Source: Minisyncoccota bacterium
GTDB lineage: Bacteria; Patescibacteriota; Minisyncoccia; Phycocordibacterales; VMEP01
Assembly (NCBI GenBank): GCA_041661305.1
Contig: JBAZUR010000001.1
Coordinates: forward strand, 387,684-451,683
Direction: 5' to 3'
Length of the DNA stretch: 64,000 bases
Shown here: piece after piece, positions 1 to 8,465 of the stretch
Position numbering within the stretch: position 1 is the first letter of the stretch
Layout of the letters: each line of letters starts with the position of its first letter
Notes under the pieces: generated by a model
What the model was told of the DNA's origin: nothing
What the model saw: the letters and a program-made list of their open reading frames with translations, nothing else
The model's database searches: none
Position numbers and translations under genes: made by a program

Positions 1-3000
1 TCCAACTTTTCCGTTTGATGTAACGACAAGCGCGTTTGAACCCACATTTAAGAGTGAGGAGAAAAGATTTGTTGATGATGCTGTTGTCGAAAAAAGATTT
101 GTTGTTGTTGCCGATGTCCCTGTTGCATTATTGAAAGTGAAATCCTGAAGTGTTGATGATCCCGTAACCCAAAGATTAGATAATGATGTAAGCCCGCCCA
201 AGAAAGAAACTGTGCCTGTTGCTGTGAGATTGCCTCCGATGTATGCATCACCTGCTACAGAGAGTTTGGCGAATGGTGAGGTGGTGCCGATACCGACGTT
301 GCCACCATTCAAATACGAATCTCCTGTTGTTCTTAATTGTATTGTTCTGGTCCCCGCAGCATTATATGCATAGAGTTGCGCATCAACAGCACTTGTGAAT
401 AATTCTGTTACACCACCAGCTGGAGAAAAAGCTAAACCAGAAGCACTACCGCTACCTAACCTTGTTCCAATAGAAAACCTATTAACACCTGATGTAAGAG
501 GGTCACCAATTACTAAACTTGGCGAGCTTAAAACAGGATTAGTAATATCAAGTCTTCCAAAAGGACTCGTTGTTCCAATTCCAACATTACCTGTTGAGCT
601 TTGTACTACAAATTGAGAACCACCAATTGTAAGTCCACCATTGAATGTTGAGGTACTTGTGTTTGTAACAGCGAGATTTGTAAGTGTTGTTGTGCCAAAC
701 GAAGCGGTACCTGTCGCGGTGATATTTGTCGCAGTAATATTTTGTGCAAAAAGATTTGTTGTCGTTGCATTTGTTGTCGTGCTATTTATCGCCGTGTACT
801 CAGTGATGGAAGCAAACGAGGAAGAAAGATTATCTATAACTCCTGATGTTGCGTGGAAAAGTGTGGTGAATAAATTGGTGGATGTTGCATTCGTCGTCGT
901 GCTGTTGAGGATAGAAAGATTTGAAATTGTAGAAGTTGAAGCGTTTGAGATAACTCCCCCAAAAAGATTTGTTAGACCTGATATATATGTATCACCTATA
1001 ACTTCAAGTTTTGCTGAAGTAGTAGTAGACACCGCGCCAATCAAAACTTGGTTGGTTGTTGTTGAAAGTCTTGTTCCAGAACCATTGAAATATGACCAAT
1101 CAATACTTCCAAGACCAGTACCCACAGCAACACCACCAAAGTACAAAACTCCAGCATTGTTGTAGAGACGATTATCAAAAACAGTCATTGGTGCGCCATT
1201 TTCTGAAAGATAGATAGGCCCTTCCACTGAAAAGACGTCTGTTGGGGAGCTTGTACCAATGCCGACATTACCATTTGAGCTAACAACCAAAGAATTGTTA
1301 CCGACATTCAAGAGTGAGGCGAAAAGATTTGTTGATGAAGCGGTAGCTGCGAAGAAGTTCGTTGTTGTTGCAGATGTCCCAGTTGCGTTGTTAAAAGTAA
1401 AATCCTGAAGTGTTGATGAACCTGTGACTAATAGATTTGTTGCCGATGTTGTCGCAAATGAAGACGAACCTGTGACAACTAAACTTGTTGCCGATGTTGT
1501 TGCGAACGAAGCAGTGCCAGTCGCAGTGATATTACCTGCGGTAATATTTTGTGCGAAAAGATTTGTTGATGTTGCGTTTGTTGTCGTGCCATTTACTGCC
1601 GTGTAATCAGTGAACGCAGCGACCGAAGAAGAAAATGTATCAATGACTCCTGTTGCAGCGTGAAGGATGGAGGCAAAGAAGTTCGTCGTTGTTGCAGATG
1701 TGCCTGTTGCGTTTGCAAATGTCACATCCTGAAATGATGAAAGGTTGGTAACGGTGAGGCTTGCGATAGTTGTTGTTGCAAGATTTGAAATTCCAGTAGC
1801 AGTCAAACTCTGTGTATTAAAACTATTTGCTGAAAGTGCCACGAATGAACCAGTGCCATTTACTGTAAGAGTCTCGAAAGTTCCAGTTGTTCCAGAGAAA
1901 GTTGAATTGGTTATGATTGCATTGTTGATTCGGACATTCGACAAATTGTCGATTCTTTGTGTAAGAGCAATGGCGGAGAAATTGTTGTTGTAATTTGTGG
2001 TGGCATTTGAAGACACTCGGTAGATCTCGCTCTTTAGTAGGTTGGCTAGTTCAGTGAGCCTCTTGTCCAAAGCTTCTTCTGTTGTTCCAAGGGTGATGTT
2101 GGTTGTTTGTGAGCCAGACGCCGATACTAATATTCCAGAAGAACTAATCTTCTTTATAACAGTGTCCGTGATTATGGCGGTGAGATCATCTGAAGATAAA
2201 CCGTTCAAATACTGCACACTCAAATTTGCCACTGTTGTAGAAGAAGTAACAACAAGTGGAGGAATACCTTGCTTTGCAAATGATTTTAATTGACCTTCAG
2301 TTTCAATAGAACCGAGAATCGAAATCTCACCATTATCATTAAGTAGAAGCAACTCGTTCGCATGTGTCCCCGGACGAAAACCGAGAACTGTTTGCGAATC
2401 TTTCATCCAATCTTTTACCGCATGCAAAGAAGTATCGAACATTCCAAAAACAACAGGGATAGGCAAGATGATAAATAGAACGAGCGCCGTTAGTGTGAGT
2501 GCTCCGAATTTTATTTTCGAAGCAGCTGTCATTGGTCGAGAAACAACAGATATTGGAGAAACTATCGAACCTTCAAGTTGTGAACTGATTTCTCTTTTAA
2601 CTGCAGCTGAAATATCAAATGGTTTTGGAGCTTCAGCAACTTTCTCTTTTATTTCCGGAACGATTGTAACCTTTGGTGCGAGTGGTGGAATTAGTGGTGC
2701 GCTTTTTTCAGTTGATTTTATTTTTTTATTATTCTCTTCAGCTATTTTCTCTTCTTGAGTTTTTTCAATTTTTGAATTTAGTGTACTAAGAGATTCTCCA
2801 ATCTTTTTAAACTCATTCATAAAGAAAGATTTCTCTTCTCCTCTCTCTACTATATGAACATTTTTTTCAGTCGATGTTTCTGGTTTTACAACTGATGCAA
2901 AATTAGGATGTGGAAATTCTGCAAAACTTGGACGCACCTTTTCCTTTACGAAAACTTCCTCTGCAAAAACAGGGCTTGAGATTTTTGGCGTAGCAACCGA

Positions 3001-3294
3001 AGCTGATGTGACCTCCGAAGCCCTTTCAAAAATTGGCTTAATCTTTCCGCTATCGAGTGAGCCATTTTGAATCTGGGCTCGAACCATCTGTCGGTGCATG
3101 TACTCGTCAACAATGGCTTTTGTCGTGTACCAGGTATTGTCGATCTTTTTAGCTGAAAGCTTCTTTTTGCGAGCAAGGAGACTTAGGTACTCCGAACTGT
3201 AGGGGGTCAACTTTGCCGCTAGGCTTAGAGGAATCCACTCATTGTTTGAGTGGTCATTTTTGAAAAAATTTTTGGCTCCTAAGTTAAAGTTCAT
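1..3294 (-). CDS. Giant surface protein, 5' portion (>=1098 aa in window; the 3' end runs past the window start). N-terminal HTH_17/excisionase-like segment, single TM helix (about aa 260-283), then Thr/Asn/Ser-rich extracellular repeats with tail-fibre-like 'GNVGIGTTSP..KLxV' motifs.
   Basis: Manual reverse-strand translation is open from ATG 3294 (MNFNLGAKNFFKNDHSNNEWIPLSLAAKLTPYSSEYLSLLARKKK...) through ...PMTAASKIKFGALTLTALVLFIILPIPVVFGMF... (TM) ...NGNVGIGTSSP..., GNVGIGTTSPFGRLDI..., NGGNVGIGTTSPFAKLSV... to position 1 with no stop. An in-frame TGA lies upstream of 3294. DNA-level repeats occur within the gene (61-160 vs 1321-1420; 760-830 vs 1561-1620). The ORF-track + strand ORFs at 395-2758 are antisense shadows. 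Confidence 0.75.
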   Translation of the reverse strand, partial: MNFNLGAKNFFKNDHSNNEWIPLSLAAKLTPYSSEYLSLLARKKKLSAKKIDNTWYTTKAIVDEYMHRQMVRAQIQNGSLDSGKIKPIFERASEVTSASVATPKISSPVFAEEVFVKEKVRPSFAEFPHPNFASVVKPETSTEKNVHIVERGEEKSFFMNEFKKIGESLSTLNSKIEKTQEEKIAEENNKKIKSTEKSAPLIPPLAPKVTIVPEIKEKVAEAPKPFDISAAVKREISSQLEGSIVSPISVVSRPMTAASKIKFGALTLTALVLFIILPIPVVFGMFDTSLHAVKDWMKDSQTVLGFRPGTHANELLLLNDNGEISILGSIETEGQLKSFAKQGIPPLVVTSSTTVANLSVQYLNGLSSDDLTAIITDTVIKKISSSGILVSASGSQTTNITLGTTEEALDKRLTELANLLKSEIYRVSSNATTNYNNNFSAIALTQRIDNLSNVRINNAIITNSTFSGTTGTFETLTVNGTGSFVALSANSFNTQSLTATGISNLATTTIASLTVTNLSSFQDVTFANATGTSATTTNFFASILHAATGVIDTFSSSVAAFTDYTAVNGTTTNATSTNLFAQNITAGNITATGTASFATTSATSLVVTGSSSFATTSATNLLVTGSSTLQDFTFNNATGTSATTTNFFAATASSTNLFASLLNVGNNSLVVSSNGNVGIGTSSPTDVFSVEGPIYLSENGAPMTVFDNRLYNNAGVLYFGGVAVGTGLGSIDWSYFNGSGTRLSTTTNQVLIGAVSTTTSAKLEVIGDTYISGLTNLFGGVISNASTSTISNLSILNSTTTNATSTNLFTTLFHATSGVIDNLSSSFASITEYTAINSTTTNATTTNLFAQNITATNITATGTASFGTTTLTNLAVTNTSTSTFNGGLTIGGSQFVVQSSTGNVGIGTTSPFGRLDITNPVLSSPSLVIGDPLTSGVNRFSIGTRLGSGSASGLAFSPAGGVTELFTSAVDAQLYAYNAAGTRTIQLRTTGDSYLNGGNVGIGTTSPFAKLSVAGDAYIGGNLTATGTVSFLGGLTSLSNLWVTGSSTLQDFTFNNATGTSATTTNLFSTTASSTNLFSSLLNVGSNALVVTSNGKVG

Positions 3295-3490
3295 GTGGTA
3301 TCCGATACGATGTATCGGCGCGTGATTTATAGTTATTTTAGCATCTAACCAAAATATACAAGAGAAAAATCTTGGGGATAAGTGACAAAATTTACAACAA
3401 AAATTAAAAAATATTTTCAAAAATATTTTTCTAAAGAAAAATCAAAAAATAACAAAAAGATGAAATAAACCATCAAAAGATGGCGACAAC

Positions 3491-3524
3491 AAAAAATCTC
3501 CAAACAAAATTTTTGGAGATTTTT
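3491..3524. terminator. Bidirectional intrinsic terminator: 9-bp stem atctccaaa/tttggagat flanked by A- and T-tracts, downstream of lepB.
   Basis: Sequence aaaaaatctccaaacaaaatttttggagatttt is read directly. Confidence 0.6.
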
Positions 3525-3634
3525 AAGGAAGACAAAATGAGTGCCAAATTCGAAAATTAAAAGGTTAAGTCTGATCGTTTTTTTGTTGAAGCGAGTATTT
3601 TAATAAACATTACTAAACCTTGATAGATATATTA

Positions 3635-4174
3635 TTAAAGATTGATATATTTAAAGGGTTTATAGGTAAACTTCGCAAATACCTTTCCTTTGATATCCCA
3701 GGCATCTGTAGCACCTAATCTTCTTGAATCTATGCTAACTGCCCTGTTATCTCCCAGAACAAAATATTCGTATGGATCAACCGTAAAGACTGTTGGATTA
3801 TTTTGCTCAGAATTTTGTTTCACGTAACCTTTTAAGTCACTAAAATCGAGCGACTCCACAATCTGCCCGACATCATTTCTATCTTTTTTAATAACGAGAG
3901 TTGTTCCAGATATCTCCAATCTATCTCCCGGAATACCGGCAATTCTTTTAATAATTTTCTTATAAGATCCGCGTGGTTGCGTGACTATAATATCCCCCTT
4001 TTTTGGTTGCCCAAAAAGGTATGCTAAGCGGTTAATAATTACGTATTCTCCATTATTTATAGTTGGAGCCATTGAGTCCCCACTCACAGAAAACGAATCA
4101 ACAAAGAAAACTCGTACTATTACCGCTATCATAAAAGCGCAGAACAAAATTTTAACTAATGGGTGCCATTTCAT
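3635..4174 (-). CDS. lepB: Signal peptidase I (S26 family)
   Basis: N-terminal TM segment, the SGDSMAPT (S-M-x-P-T catalytic Ser box) and GDNRAVSIDSR motifs, and a 179-aa length. Confidence 0.85.
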   Translation of the reverse strand: MKWHPLVKILFCAFMIAVIVRVFFVDSFSVSGDSMAPTINNGEYVIINRLAYLFGQPKKGDIIVTQPRGSYKKIIKRIAGIPGDRLEISGTTLVIKKDRNDVGQIVESLDFSDLKGYVKQNSEQNNPTVFTVDPYEYFVLGDNRAVSIDSRRLGATDAWDIKGKVFAKFTYKPFKYINL

Positions 4175-4221
4175 AACTTACTTGTTTTCGAATATACTAT
4201 GAAGTACATTATATCATTCCT

Positions 4222-4473
4222 ATGGAAAAACGATTCCTCACAATAAAAGAAGCTTCAAAGTACTTGGGCGTCACTCCCCTGACTCTTCGTAATTGGGACA
4301 ACAGCGGAAAGCTAAACGCTTCTCGTCACCCAATGAATAACTATCGTCTGTATAATCGCCATGAACTTGATGCTGTTATGAAAAAAATAGAAATGGGTGT
4401 AGAGAAAAAAACAACACGCAAAAAACTGAACACTCGCGTACACGTTCTAAAAGTAAAACATCTCAAAGACTAA
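4222..4473 (+). CDS. Small HTH_17 (excisionase/MerR-like) DNA-binding protein
   Basis: The motif LTIKEASKYLGVTPLTLRNWDNSGKL is the classic HTH_17 pattern. Length is 83 aa and it is divergent from lepB. Confidence 0.7.
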   Translation: MEKRFLTIKEASKYLGVTPLTLRNWDNSGKLNASRHPMNNYRLYNRHELDAVMKKIEMGVEKKTTRKKLNTRVHVLKVKHLKD

Positions 4474-4506
4474 TTTTTGATAATTTAACAAATTAATATC
4501 ATCAAT

Positions 4507-4541
4507 AAAAAACACCTCGATGTTTGTCGAGGTGTTTTTTT
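4507..4541. terminator. Bidirectional intrinsic terminator (acacctcga/tcgaggtgt stem, T6 tail) between the HTH gene and gatB
   Basis: Sequence aaaaacacctcgatgtttgtcgaggtgtttttt is read directly. Confidence 0.7.
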
Positions 4542-4556
4542 GTGGTCGCTAAAATT

Positions 4557-5969
4557 TTATGCGTTAATGATTCTAATTATAGTTTCTCGAAGAGATGCTG
4601 GGTCTGCGGAGCCACGAGTTTCTTTCATACATTGTCCAACCAAAAATTGTAGTGCTGCATCCTTCCCTGCTTTGTAGTCTGCAACCACTTTGTCGTTAGC
4701 ATCAATTATTTTCTTAACAACCAAATCCAAATCAGAACCACTCGCGGATACTGTGAGATTATTTTCTTTCATAAGTTGTGTAGGGTTCTTGTCGTCACGT
4801 ACCATGATAGCCAAAATATCTTTTGCTGTTCGTGTTGTTATTTCCTTCTTCCCCCACAAGGTCATTAGCTCATCAAAATTTTCTACACTCGGAACTTTGT
4901 TTGTCGAATCTTTTAATAAACCAGCAAGATCTGAAGTAATGAAATTAACATAGCCCGCGATAATTTCTGGAGAAAGATTCTCCTTTCCTAAAACAAGGCT
5001 ATTGAAAAATGAGGCAAAAGTATCACTTTGAACAAACATTTCCGCTTGTTCTGATTTCATACCAAACTTAGTAATGTATTTCTCGCGCTTTTGCCAAGGC
5101 AACTCTGGGAGTTCGCTTCGCAATTTCTCAAGATCAAATTCTGGGACTTCTCTTAATTTTAGCTTTGGAAGGTCTGGGTCTGGAAAATAGCGATAATCAT
5201 GAGAACTCTCTTTTTCTCGCTGAGAAAATGTTACTCCCTTATTTTCATCCCATCCACGTGTTTCCTGCTTAACCTCTCCACCTTCTTCAATAAGCTCGAT
5301 TTGTCGCTTTATTTCGTAATCTATCGCCTTCTCAACAGCCCTAAAGGAGTTTATGTTCTTAACTTCAACCTTGGTGCCAAATTTGTCTGTTTTAGAGACT
5401 GAAATGTTCGCCTCCACACGCATTTCACCTTTATCCATATTTGCCTCACCTGCACCTAAACAGCGTAGTAAAAGCTGAAGTTCACGAGCAAAAGCACCCG
5501 CTTCGGTGGCGTCCTTCACAACAGGCTCTGTAACAAGCTCCATAAGTGGTACTCCAGCACGATTAAAGTCGACTAGAGTATAGTCCCCTTTTTCATGGTT
5601 AGACTTTGCAGTATCTTCCTCTAGGTGCACTCTGGTAATTTGAATGCCATTTAGGCTTCCACCAGACACAATTGGGTACTGATACTGGCTCAACTGATAG
5701 CCCTTCGGAATGTCTGGGTAAAAATAGTTTTTGCGATCAAATTCCGTAAAATCAGCGATATTTCCACCCAAGGCTAATCCAACCTTAATAACGTGTTTAA
5801 CAGCCTCCTTGTTGATAACAGGCAGTGTTCCAGGGTGAGCCATGCAAACAGGACAAATATTAACATTAGGGCGTTTTTCGTCCGGATCATTCTTTGAGTT
5901 ACAGAACATTTTTGTCCTGGTCTTCAACTCTGCGTGTATTTCTAAGCCAATTGTCGCCTTATATTCCAT
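4557..5969 (-). CDS. gatB: Asp-tRNA(Asn)/Glu-tRNA(Gln) amidotransferase subunit B
   Basis: 470 aa. The N-terminal MEYKATIGLEIHAELKTRTKMFC...CPVCMAHPGTLPV matches the GatB cradle domain, and there is a C-terminal YqeY-like tail. Confidence 0.9.
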   Translation of the reverse strand: MEYKATIGLEIHAELKTRTKMFCNSKNDPDEKRPNVNICPVCMAHPGTLPVINKEAVKHVIKVGLALGGNIADFTEFDRKNYFYPDIPKGYQLSQYQYPIVSGGSLNGIQITRVHLEEDTAKSNHEKGDYTLVDFNRAGVPLMELVTEPVVKDATEAGAFARELQLLLRCLGAGEANMDKGEMRVEANISVSKTDKFGTKVEVKNINSFRAVEKAIDYEIKRQIELIEEGGEVKQETRGWDENKGVTFSQREKESSHDYRYFPDPDLPKLKLREVPEFDLEKLRSELPELPWQKREKYITKFGMKSEQAEMFVQSDTFASFFNSLVLGKENLSPEIIAGYVNFITSDLAGLLKDSTNKVPSVENFDELMTLWGKKEITTRTAKDILAIMVRDDKNPTQLMKENNLTVSASGSDLDLVVKKIIDANDKVVADYKAGKDAALQFLVGQCMKETRGSADPASLRETIIRIINA

Positions 5970-6029
5970 AAGAAAAAATTATAGCATATTCGCACTTCTA
6001 CAAGGTTCGACCTTATATTTTAATGCGAT

Positions 6030-7025
6030 TTAATCTTTTTTTGCTTTTTCCGCTGTTGCTTTGCGTAGAAGCTTCACGAGATTATCCTCTATTTCTTTAA
6101 TAGATTTGTCATCATAAAGAGACACTGCGTACACCTCTTTGTTTAGTTTCTTCACCGCTGTAATTATTTTTGATAGCTCTCCATCTGGTAGCACATCTGT
6201 CTTTGTTAAAATAACTACTTCTTTCTTTTTTGCCAAATCTGAATCAAAAGCTTCAAGTTCTGCTCGCACCGCTTGATATGCGTCCTTCAAATTTTTATTC
6301 TCAAGAGAAATGATGTGCGCGATTATGCTCGTTCGCTTTATGTGTCGCAAAAATTTATGCCCAAGCCCCTTTCCTTCTGAAGCCCCTTCGATAAGACCCG
6401 GGATATCAGCCACAATAAAACCGTGCATATCGCCAAGGTTTGGTTCAAGTGTCGTAAACGCGTAGTCGGCGACCTTGCCCTGTGAGCGAGTTAAAATATT
6501 TAAAAGACTAGTTTTACCAGCATTCGGCAACCCAGCCAAACCTAAATCCGCAAACAACTGAAGCTCGATTGCAAAATCGGCCTCTTCCCCTTCTTTGCCC
6601 AAGGTGAATTCTTTTGGACTTCTGTTGATTGAGCTCTTAAATCGCTCGTTACCCAAACCACCGCGACCACCCTTAAGCAACATTATCTTTTCGTCTTCTT
6701 TTGTTAAAGAAAATTTCTCGCCGGTAGCCTGGTTTATTATTATTGTCCCAATTGGAAACTCTAATATCAAATCGTCTCCACCCTTACCATGCAGGCTATT
6801 TTTGGCCCCATTATCCCCTTTTTCTGCCTCATATATTTTTTTATGAGCATATCTAGCAAGACCGTGCATCTGTCTTTTGGCGAGAGCAAAAACATCGCCA
6901 CCGTTACCACCATCCCCGCCAGCAGGGCCCATCAGTGGTTTACCTTTCTCGTGAAGCCAGCGAACAACACCGTCGCCCCCCTTGCCGGCTTTCAAATGAA
7001 GTTTTATTTCATCAACGAATGCCAT
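6030..7025 (-). CDS. obg: GTPase Obg (compact form lacking the long C-terminal extension)
   Basis: A Gly-rich Obg fold (GGDGGNGGDV, GGRGGLGN) and the G-domain motifs GLPNAGKTSLLN and DIPGLIEGA. Confidence 0.9.
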   Translation of the reverse strand: MAFVDEIKLHLKAGKGGDGVVRWLHEKGKPLMGPAGGDGGNGGDVFALAKRQMHGLARYAHKKIYEAEKGDNGAKNSLHGKGGDDLILEFPIGTIIINQATGEKFSLTKEDEKIMLLKGGRGGLGNERFKSSINRSPKEFTLGKEGEEADFAIELQLFADLGLAGLPNAGKTSLLNILTRSQGKVADYAFTTLEPNLGDMHGFIVADIPGLIEGASEGKGLGHKFLRHIKRTSIIAHIISLENKNLKDAYQAVRAELEAFDSDLAKKKEVVILTKTDVLPDGELSKIITAVKKLNKEVYAVSLYDDKSIKEIEDNLVKLLRKATAEKAKKD

Positions 7026-7027
7026 AA

Positions 7028-7375
7028 TTATTCATCATCGCGCAAAAATATTTTTTCGGCGATAAATGTTACTACTGATATAAACAAAGCTGCGAGAAAA
7101 GCCGACCAAAAGGAAGCAACTTCAAATCCTTTCACAAAAGTAGAAAGCATCCATAAAAGAGCGCCGTTTATGACTAGTGTGAAAAGTCCGAGAGTTATTA
7201 TGTTGATTGGTAGTGTGATTAATATCGCAAGCGGTTTTATCGTCACAGAAACGATACCGAGCAAAAGAGCTGTCACAAAAGCAACGTAAAAACCATCAAC
7301 AATGATTCCAGAAATAAAATACGGTGTTGCAAAAACAGCGAGAGCTACGATAATCCATTTTGCTATAAGTCTCAT
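7028..7375 (-). CDS. Phage_holin_4_2 (PF04020, YvlD-like) family 4-TM membrane protein
   Basis: 115 aa with four hydrophobic helices and a conserved layout typical of this family. It directly abuts the obg start. Confidence 0.6.
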   Translation of the reverse strand: MRLIAKWIIVALAVFATPYFISGIIVDGFYVAFVTALLLGIVSVTIKPLAILITLPINIITLGLFTLVINGALLWMLSTFVKGFEVASFWSAFLAALFISVVTFIAEKIFLRDDE

Positions 7376-7404
7376 GATATTTAATTTATTTTAATTTTAT
7401 ATAA

Positions 7405-7794
7405 TTATTTGTTTTCTATTGCTTCAATCAACTCTTCCATATCGTGTTCAATTTTTTTGATATCTCGCTTCACCTCGCTCAAGCTTACAGACTCCTCTTC
7501 GATTTCCACTTCCGTTTTTTCAACAACCTTTTTTTCTCGTTTTAAGCCCGTGATAATAATACTCTCTCCAATGAAGAACGAAACAAAAAGACCGGTTAGC
7601 AGAAGGAGTCCAACGCCAAGAACAAGCGAGAAGAAGCCGGAAACATTAAAACTATCGGCTATATGCCAAACTCCACGCCAAAAAAGAACTATGCCAACAC
7701 CACCAACAATTGCATAAATTATCGGGTAATGGCTCAAGCGTCCCCGAATTTTATCTTCCAATTTGTCGAAAAAATGAAGAAGTTTCTTTACCAT
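7405..7794 (-). CDS. Small 2-TM membrane protein with an acidic coiled-coil C-terminus (hypothetical)
   Basis: 129 aa with hydrophobic helices IIYAIVGGVGIVLFW and FFSLVLGVGLLLLTGLFVSFFIG, and a charged C-terminal tail. Confidence 0.5.
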   Translation of the reverse strand: MVKKLLHFFDKLEDKIRGRLSHYPIIYAIVGGVGIVLFWRGVWHIADSFNVSGFFSLVLGVGLLLLTGLFVSFFIGESIIITGLKREKKVVEKTEVEIEEESVSLSEVKRDIKKIEHDMEELIEAIENK

Positions 7795-7868
7795 ATACGG
7801 CTTATCATATACTGAAAATCGTAAATACGCACCTTTTTTAGTAAGGCGGATTATATAAAATGCAAAAA

Positions 7869-8333
7869 TTATAGTTCTCCAACTTCCAATAGCTCTTGCT
7901 CTAAAATAGAGTCACCTTCTCCAAAAAGAAACTTTCCTTTAAATTTCTTCCCTTCCAAAAGTAGCGGAATCCAATGAATATCATCAGGCCACATCTCCGT
8001 AAACGGAATTTCATCAACGTGGAACCATTGTGGTTTCATTTCTTCGCTTTCCGTCGGCTCACCTAAAAAATTGTCTGCTCTGAAAATATGAACTTGTAAT
8101 ATCTCGGGATTCCCCTGAAATTCAAATTCAATAATTCCAACTTTATTAATATCTGGAATCTCTATCCCCGCCTCTTCCATCATTTCTCTTTTTGTAGCAT
8201 CTTCTATTGTTTCTCCTTCTCCAACCTTGCCTCCAAAACCATTCCACCTGCCAGCACCAAATCCGCGTTTTTTCATTCCCAACAAAACATTAGGGTGCTG
8301 GTGAACAATACAGAGTGTGAGTAATTTTTTCAT
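7869..8333 (-). CDS. NUDIX hydrolase (MutT-like)
   Basis: The Nudix box [26 protein letters not shown] (GX5EX7REUXEEXGU). Confidence 0.85.
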   Translation of the reverse strand: MKKLLTLCIVHQHPNVLLGMKKRGFGAGRWNGFGGKVGEGETIEDATKREMMEEAGIEIPDINKVGIIEFEFQGNPEILQVHIFRADNFLGEPTESEEMKPQWFHVDEIPFTEMWPDDIHWIPLLLEGKKFKGKFLFGEGDSILEQELLEVGEL

Positions 8334-8465
8334 GTTTCTATTTTACCACTACCTTATTTCGTTGCCCACAAAACAATAACCTGATATGGTTTTCGTGAGC
8401 CAGAGCGCTCCCGCCGGATTGATTTGGATTAGATACCCATCTCATGTAATTCCGGCGGTTTTTCT

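Noticed and set aside
395-2758. A chain of + strand ORFs (73-174 aa) with Val/Ala-rich repetitive translations
   Set aside because: They are antisense shadow frames of the giant minus-strand repeat-protein gene. Their low-complexity translations mirror the Thr/Asn codon repeats on the other strand.
2946-3176. 76-aa minus-strand ORF
   Set aside because: It is an alternative frame inside the N-terminal region of the giant gene. The frame beginning at ATG 3294 is continuous and has the HTH/TM logic.
4222-4473. Prophage or integrative element suggested by excisionase-like genes
   Set aside because: No integrase, att repeats, tRNA or phage structural genes are in the window. The HTH_17 genes look like host regulators.
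8395-8460. Hairpin ccgccgga...tccggcgg followed by a T-run upstream of the SecA stop
   Set aside because: The stem is imperfect with an approximately 30-nt loop. Its T-tract is on the + strand, where no upstream + gene exists. It is a weak or unclear terminator.
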